A stretch of 29,077 nucleotides of DNA from the NCBI GenBank assembly GCA_039028615.1, contig JBCCHT010000074.1:1-29077 (forward strand). Reading direction: 5' to 3'. Both the position numbers and the translations under genes were made by a program. Positions 26,607-29,077 of this stretch are shown here, in pieces; the stretch's first letter is position 1, and the number at the start of each line of letters is the position of its first letter. Origin of the DNA: Myxococcota bacterium. Lineage in GTDB: Bacteria > Myxococcota_A > Polyangia > Nannocystales > Nannocystaceae. The notes below the pieces were generated by a model. That model saw nothing but the letters and a program-made list of their open reading frames with translations. It was not told the origin of the DNA and made no database searches.

Positions 26607-27215
26607 GTGGGGATCCCCCAAGAGCGGACCGACGACGTCCGGGCTCGGCGTGAGCCCCGGCATCTGCACGCGGTCGGCGACGGAGGCCCCCTGACGCTGT
26701 CGTGGGTCTATCGCGAGCATGTGGACTTCGTGGTGCGAACGACCCGGCACCTCGGCGTGCCCGAGCCCCAGGTCGAAGACGTAGTTCACGACGTCTTCCT
26801 CGTCGTGCATCGACGCCTGGACGACTACGACGAGCGAGCCCCGCTGCGGTCGTGGCTGTACGGGATCACGCGGCGGGTGGTGCTGCACCACAAGCGTCGC
26901 ACCAGTCGCGCGCGCGCCCGCGAGGCCCGGGCCCCCGCGCCCTCGCCGGCCCCGAGCCTCGACGAAGGCATCGCACGAGACGAGGCAGCCGTGCTGGTCG
27001 AGGCCTGCCTGGCCAGCCTCGACATCGATCAGCGCATGGTCTTCGTGCTCGCCGACATCGAGGGCCTGACCGCGCCGCAGATCGCCGAAGCGACCGGGGT
27101 CAAGCTCAACACCGTGTACTCCCGGCTGCGCCTGGGCCGGAGGAAATTCGAACGGGCCTTGGCCCAGCGTCTCGAGGGCAAGGCACCCCCGGCAAAGGGA
27201 GCGGCAGGACGATGA
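26607..27215 (+). CDS. ECF sigma factor
   Basis: VYREHVDFV, QVEDVVHDVFL, LRSWLYGI, VFVLADIEG, IAEATGVKLNTVYSRLRLGR. Start is GTG 26607 (preferred) or GTG 26571. Confidence 0.93.
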   Translation: MGIPQERTDDVRARREPRHLHAVGDGGPLTLSWVYREHVDFVVRTTRHLGVPEPQVEDVVHDVFLVVHRRLDDYDERAPLRSWLYGITRRVVLHHKRRTSRARAREARAPAPSPAPSLDEGIARDEAAVLVEACLASLDIDQRMVFVLADIEGLTAPQIAEATGVKLNTVYSRLRLGRRKFERALAQRLEGKAPPAKGAAGR

Positions 27216-28033
27216 ACGAGCTGAGCGATCAAACCAAGGCCCTGCTGGCTCGTTATCGACAGGCCCCCGCGATCGACGACGGAGCCAAGCGAGCGCTGTG
27301 GTCTCGTGTCGGCGCGTCGGTGGCCGACCAGGCCGAGGCGACTGACAGCCCTCCGAAGGTGGTGTCCATCGATCGCTGGCGCAGCGCCGGTCGCATCGCG
27401 GTGGGCTTGGCCGCCGTGGCGGCGGTGTTGCTGCTGATCCGAACCGTGGCTCACTCATCGTGGGTCCAGCAGACCGAGCAAGTGCCCACGAGCGAGCAAG
27501 CCGTCTACGGGCGGGCCGAATCCGGCGCGCCATCGAAGGCCATCGAGCGCACCGCCCCGCGCCGAACCTCGGCCTCCAGCGCCGCGGAGACACCACGGCC
27601 GACGCCCGAGCCAACCCCGGCCGTCACCCCGCCCGCGCCCGCGCGAGTCTCGACCGCGCGCACGAACCCGTCCACCCCGCCCCGCCCCGCGACGGAACCC
27701 AAGGCCACTGCCTCCGCGAGCGAGCTCGCTGCGCCGCCCAACTCCCTCGCTGAAGAGATGCGGCTGATGACCGCCGCCCGCCGAGCACTGTCGCAAGGGC
27801 AGCCGGCCCGCGCCCTGGAGCTGCTGGAGCAACACGAACGAACGCATGCCCGCGGGCAAATGGCCGAGGATCGAGCCGCACTGCGCAGCCAGGCCCTGTG
27901 CGAAGCGGGTCGCGGCGCCGAGGCCCGGGCAGCCGCCACGTCGTTTCTGGCCGCGCATCCCCGCTCGGCGCACGGAAACCGCGTCCGGGCCACGCTCGAT
28001 CGTGCGACGAAAGAAAACTGCACGACTCGGTGA
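27212..28033 (+). CDS. Putative anti-sigma factor: single TM, Pro/Thr linker, C-terminal TPR-like domain
   Basis: 4-bp overlap with the ECF gene; TM IAVGLAAVAAVLLLI; SLAEEMRLMTAARRAL..ALELL..EDRAALRSQALCEAGR. Confidence 0.8.
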   Translation: MNELSDQTKALLARYRQAPAIDDGAKRALWSRVGASVADQAEATDSPPKVVSIDRWRSAGRIAVGLAAVAAVLLLIRTVAHSSWVQQTEQVPTSEQAVYGRAESGAPSKAIERTAPRRTSASSAAETPRPTPEPTPAVTPPAPARVSTARTNPSTPPRPATEPKATASASELAAPPNSLAEEMRLMTAARRALSQGQPARALELLEQHERTHARGQMAEDRAALRSQALCEAGRGAEARAAATSFLAAHPRSAHGNRVRATLDRATKENCTTR

Positions 28034-28059
28034 TGGAAGCCCCGCGCGGCGGGCAATGC
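28028..28059 (+). promoter_or_regulatory. Putative ECF-dependent promoter, copy 2
   Basis: CGGTGATGGA-N11-GCGGGCAATGC. Confidence 0.65.
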
Positions 28060-28064
28060 CAGGT

Positions 28065-28994
28065 GTGACGAAGACTAAACACCTTGGATTGTTCTTGCTG
28101 GGCGGCACCCTCACCCTCTGCGCCTGCCCCACGACCGACTCCCTCGGCGACTACGAAAGCAGCAGCTCCGACTCCGGCGAGTCCACGAGCACCACCGACG
28201 GCGTCACCCCGGACCCGGGCACCAGCGGCACGAGCGTGGGCGGCGAGACGGGCGATACCGGGATGGTCGACACCGGGATGGTCGATACGGGCATGGCCGA
28301 CACCGGCATGGTGGGCGAGTGCGAGTTCTCGGGCTGCGCCGTCGATTGCGAGTCCTACAACTGCGGAGCCCTCGGCGAGTTCGATGCCGACGGCTGCCTG
28401 CGTCAGCCCTGCGGTGGCGCCAACCCCTGTGGTGAGGGCGAGGTCTGCTATCAGCCCGAGCTGTTCGGCGGCTGCACGGGTAGCGCGAATTTCTGCGAGT
28501 ACGACGAAGAGCTCATGGCTTGCTCGTGCGGCGGCACCGACGACTGTGGCGGCTCGTTTTGCGTGGCCGAGGCCGAGTATCCCGAGCCCATGGCCGGGCC
28601 GCGCGGGGGTGCCCGCATCGAGAACGGCTGCTCGCCCGACGACGGTCCCGCCAAGAACTTCCTGTTCGGTCTCCCCGACGACACCTGCGAGAGCCCGCTC
28701 ATCAAGGGCACCAGCGTCAGCATCACGCTTTACGACACCGACGCGCCGGTCACGGGGACCTTCCCCATCGGCATCCAGAACAGCAGCCTCGAGGGCCAGG
28801 GGGTCTACACCGACGACGAGGGGGAGACGTACCCGATCTGGCTGGGCACGCTCACCATCGATAGCTGGGATGCGAGCGGCGCGACGGGGAGCTACGAGAT
28901 CTGGGCCGGTGAGACGGCGGAGGGTGGCTTCAACTACCTCGCCGATACCTTCACCACGATTCAGGACTGCGGCGGCGATCCATTCTGCGGGTAG
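28065..28994 (+). CDS. Cys-rich acidic putative lipoprotein
   Basis: Signal ending LTLCA-C, S/T linker with DTGMV repeats, Cys-rich module, beta-rich C-domain. Start is GTG 28065 or ATG 28056. Confidence 0.8.
   Translation: MTKTKHLGLFLLGGTLTLCACPTTDSLGDYESSSSDSGESTSTTDGVTPDPGTSGTSVGGETGDTGMVDTGMVDTGMADTGMVGECEFSGCAVDCESYNCGALGEFDADGCLRQPCGGANPCGEGEVCYQPELFGGCTGSANFCEYDEELMACSCGGTDDCGGSFCVAEAEYPEPMAGPRGGARIENGCSPDDGPAKNFLFGLPDDTCESPLIKGTSVSITLYDTDAPVTGTFPIGIQNSSLEGQGVYTDDEGETYPIWLGTLTIDSWDASGATGSYEIWAGETAEGGFNYLADTFTTIQDCGGDPFCG
28254..28313 (+). repeat. 15-bp coding tandem repeat x4 (DTGMV/DTGMA)
   Basis: GATACCGGGATGGTC GACACCGGGATGGTC GATACGGGCATGGCC GACACCGGCATGGTG. Confidence 0.9.
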
Positions 28995-29046
28995 ACGCTC
29001 CGCATCGTCGGGGGCCCCCCGGCCGCGGGCCGCCCCCACGCTCCCG

Positions 29047-29077
29047 CCGGCGCCCCACAAGTGGAGGGGCTCGCCGG
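29047..29077. other. GC-rich imperfect hairpin at the window edge (terminator- or REP-like)
   Basis: CCGGCG-CCCC...GGGG-CT-CGCCGG downstream of the last gene; the downstream context is cut off. Confidence 0.3.

Noticed and set aside
28254..28313. Tandem repeats as CRISPR or contingency loci (also 25921-26031)
   Set aside because: No spacers, unit lengths are multiples of 3 with synonymous variation, and no cas genes; these are ordinary coding linkers.

Overview
High-GC window whose gene families (many Cys- and Ser/Thr-rich lipoproteins, Ser/Thr kinases, ECF sigma cassettes, a DUF1592-DUF1552 pair) suggest a myxobacterium, probably Nannocystaceae-like; this is an inference. The left third is mostly housekeeping: UPF0158, nth, ung, prfA, zapA, a dienelactone hydrolase, a GNAT, tyrS and dusA. 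The rest is accessory envelope and signalling genes. Most notable observations: (1) a ~250-nt minus-strand structured ncRNA candidate between tyrS and dusA, with its own promoter-like element, two GGGGAAU-loop hairpins and a terminator; (2) a four-gene cassette (putative outer-membrane barrel / ECF sigma / TPR anti-sigma / lipoprotein) with a bipartite 32-bp motif repeated at identical spacing in front of the sigma and the lipoprotein, plus a weaker copy before the DUF1592 operon; (3) an ECF43-type sigma with a sigma54-like promoter, coupled to a short non-RD kinase; (4) many apparently leaderless genes. No mobile element, CRISPR array, tRNA or rRNA was seen. All calls are by eye; no searches were run.
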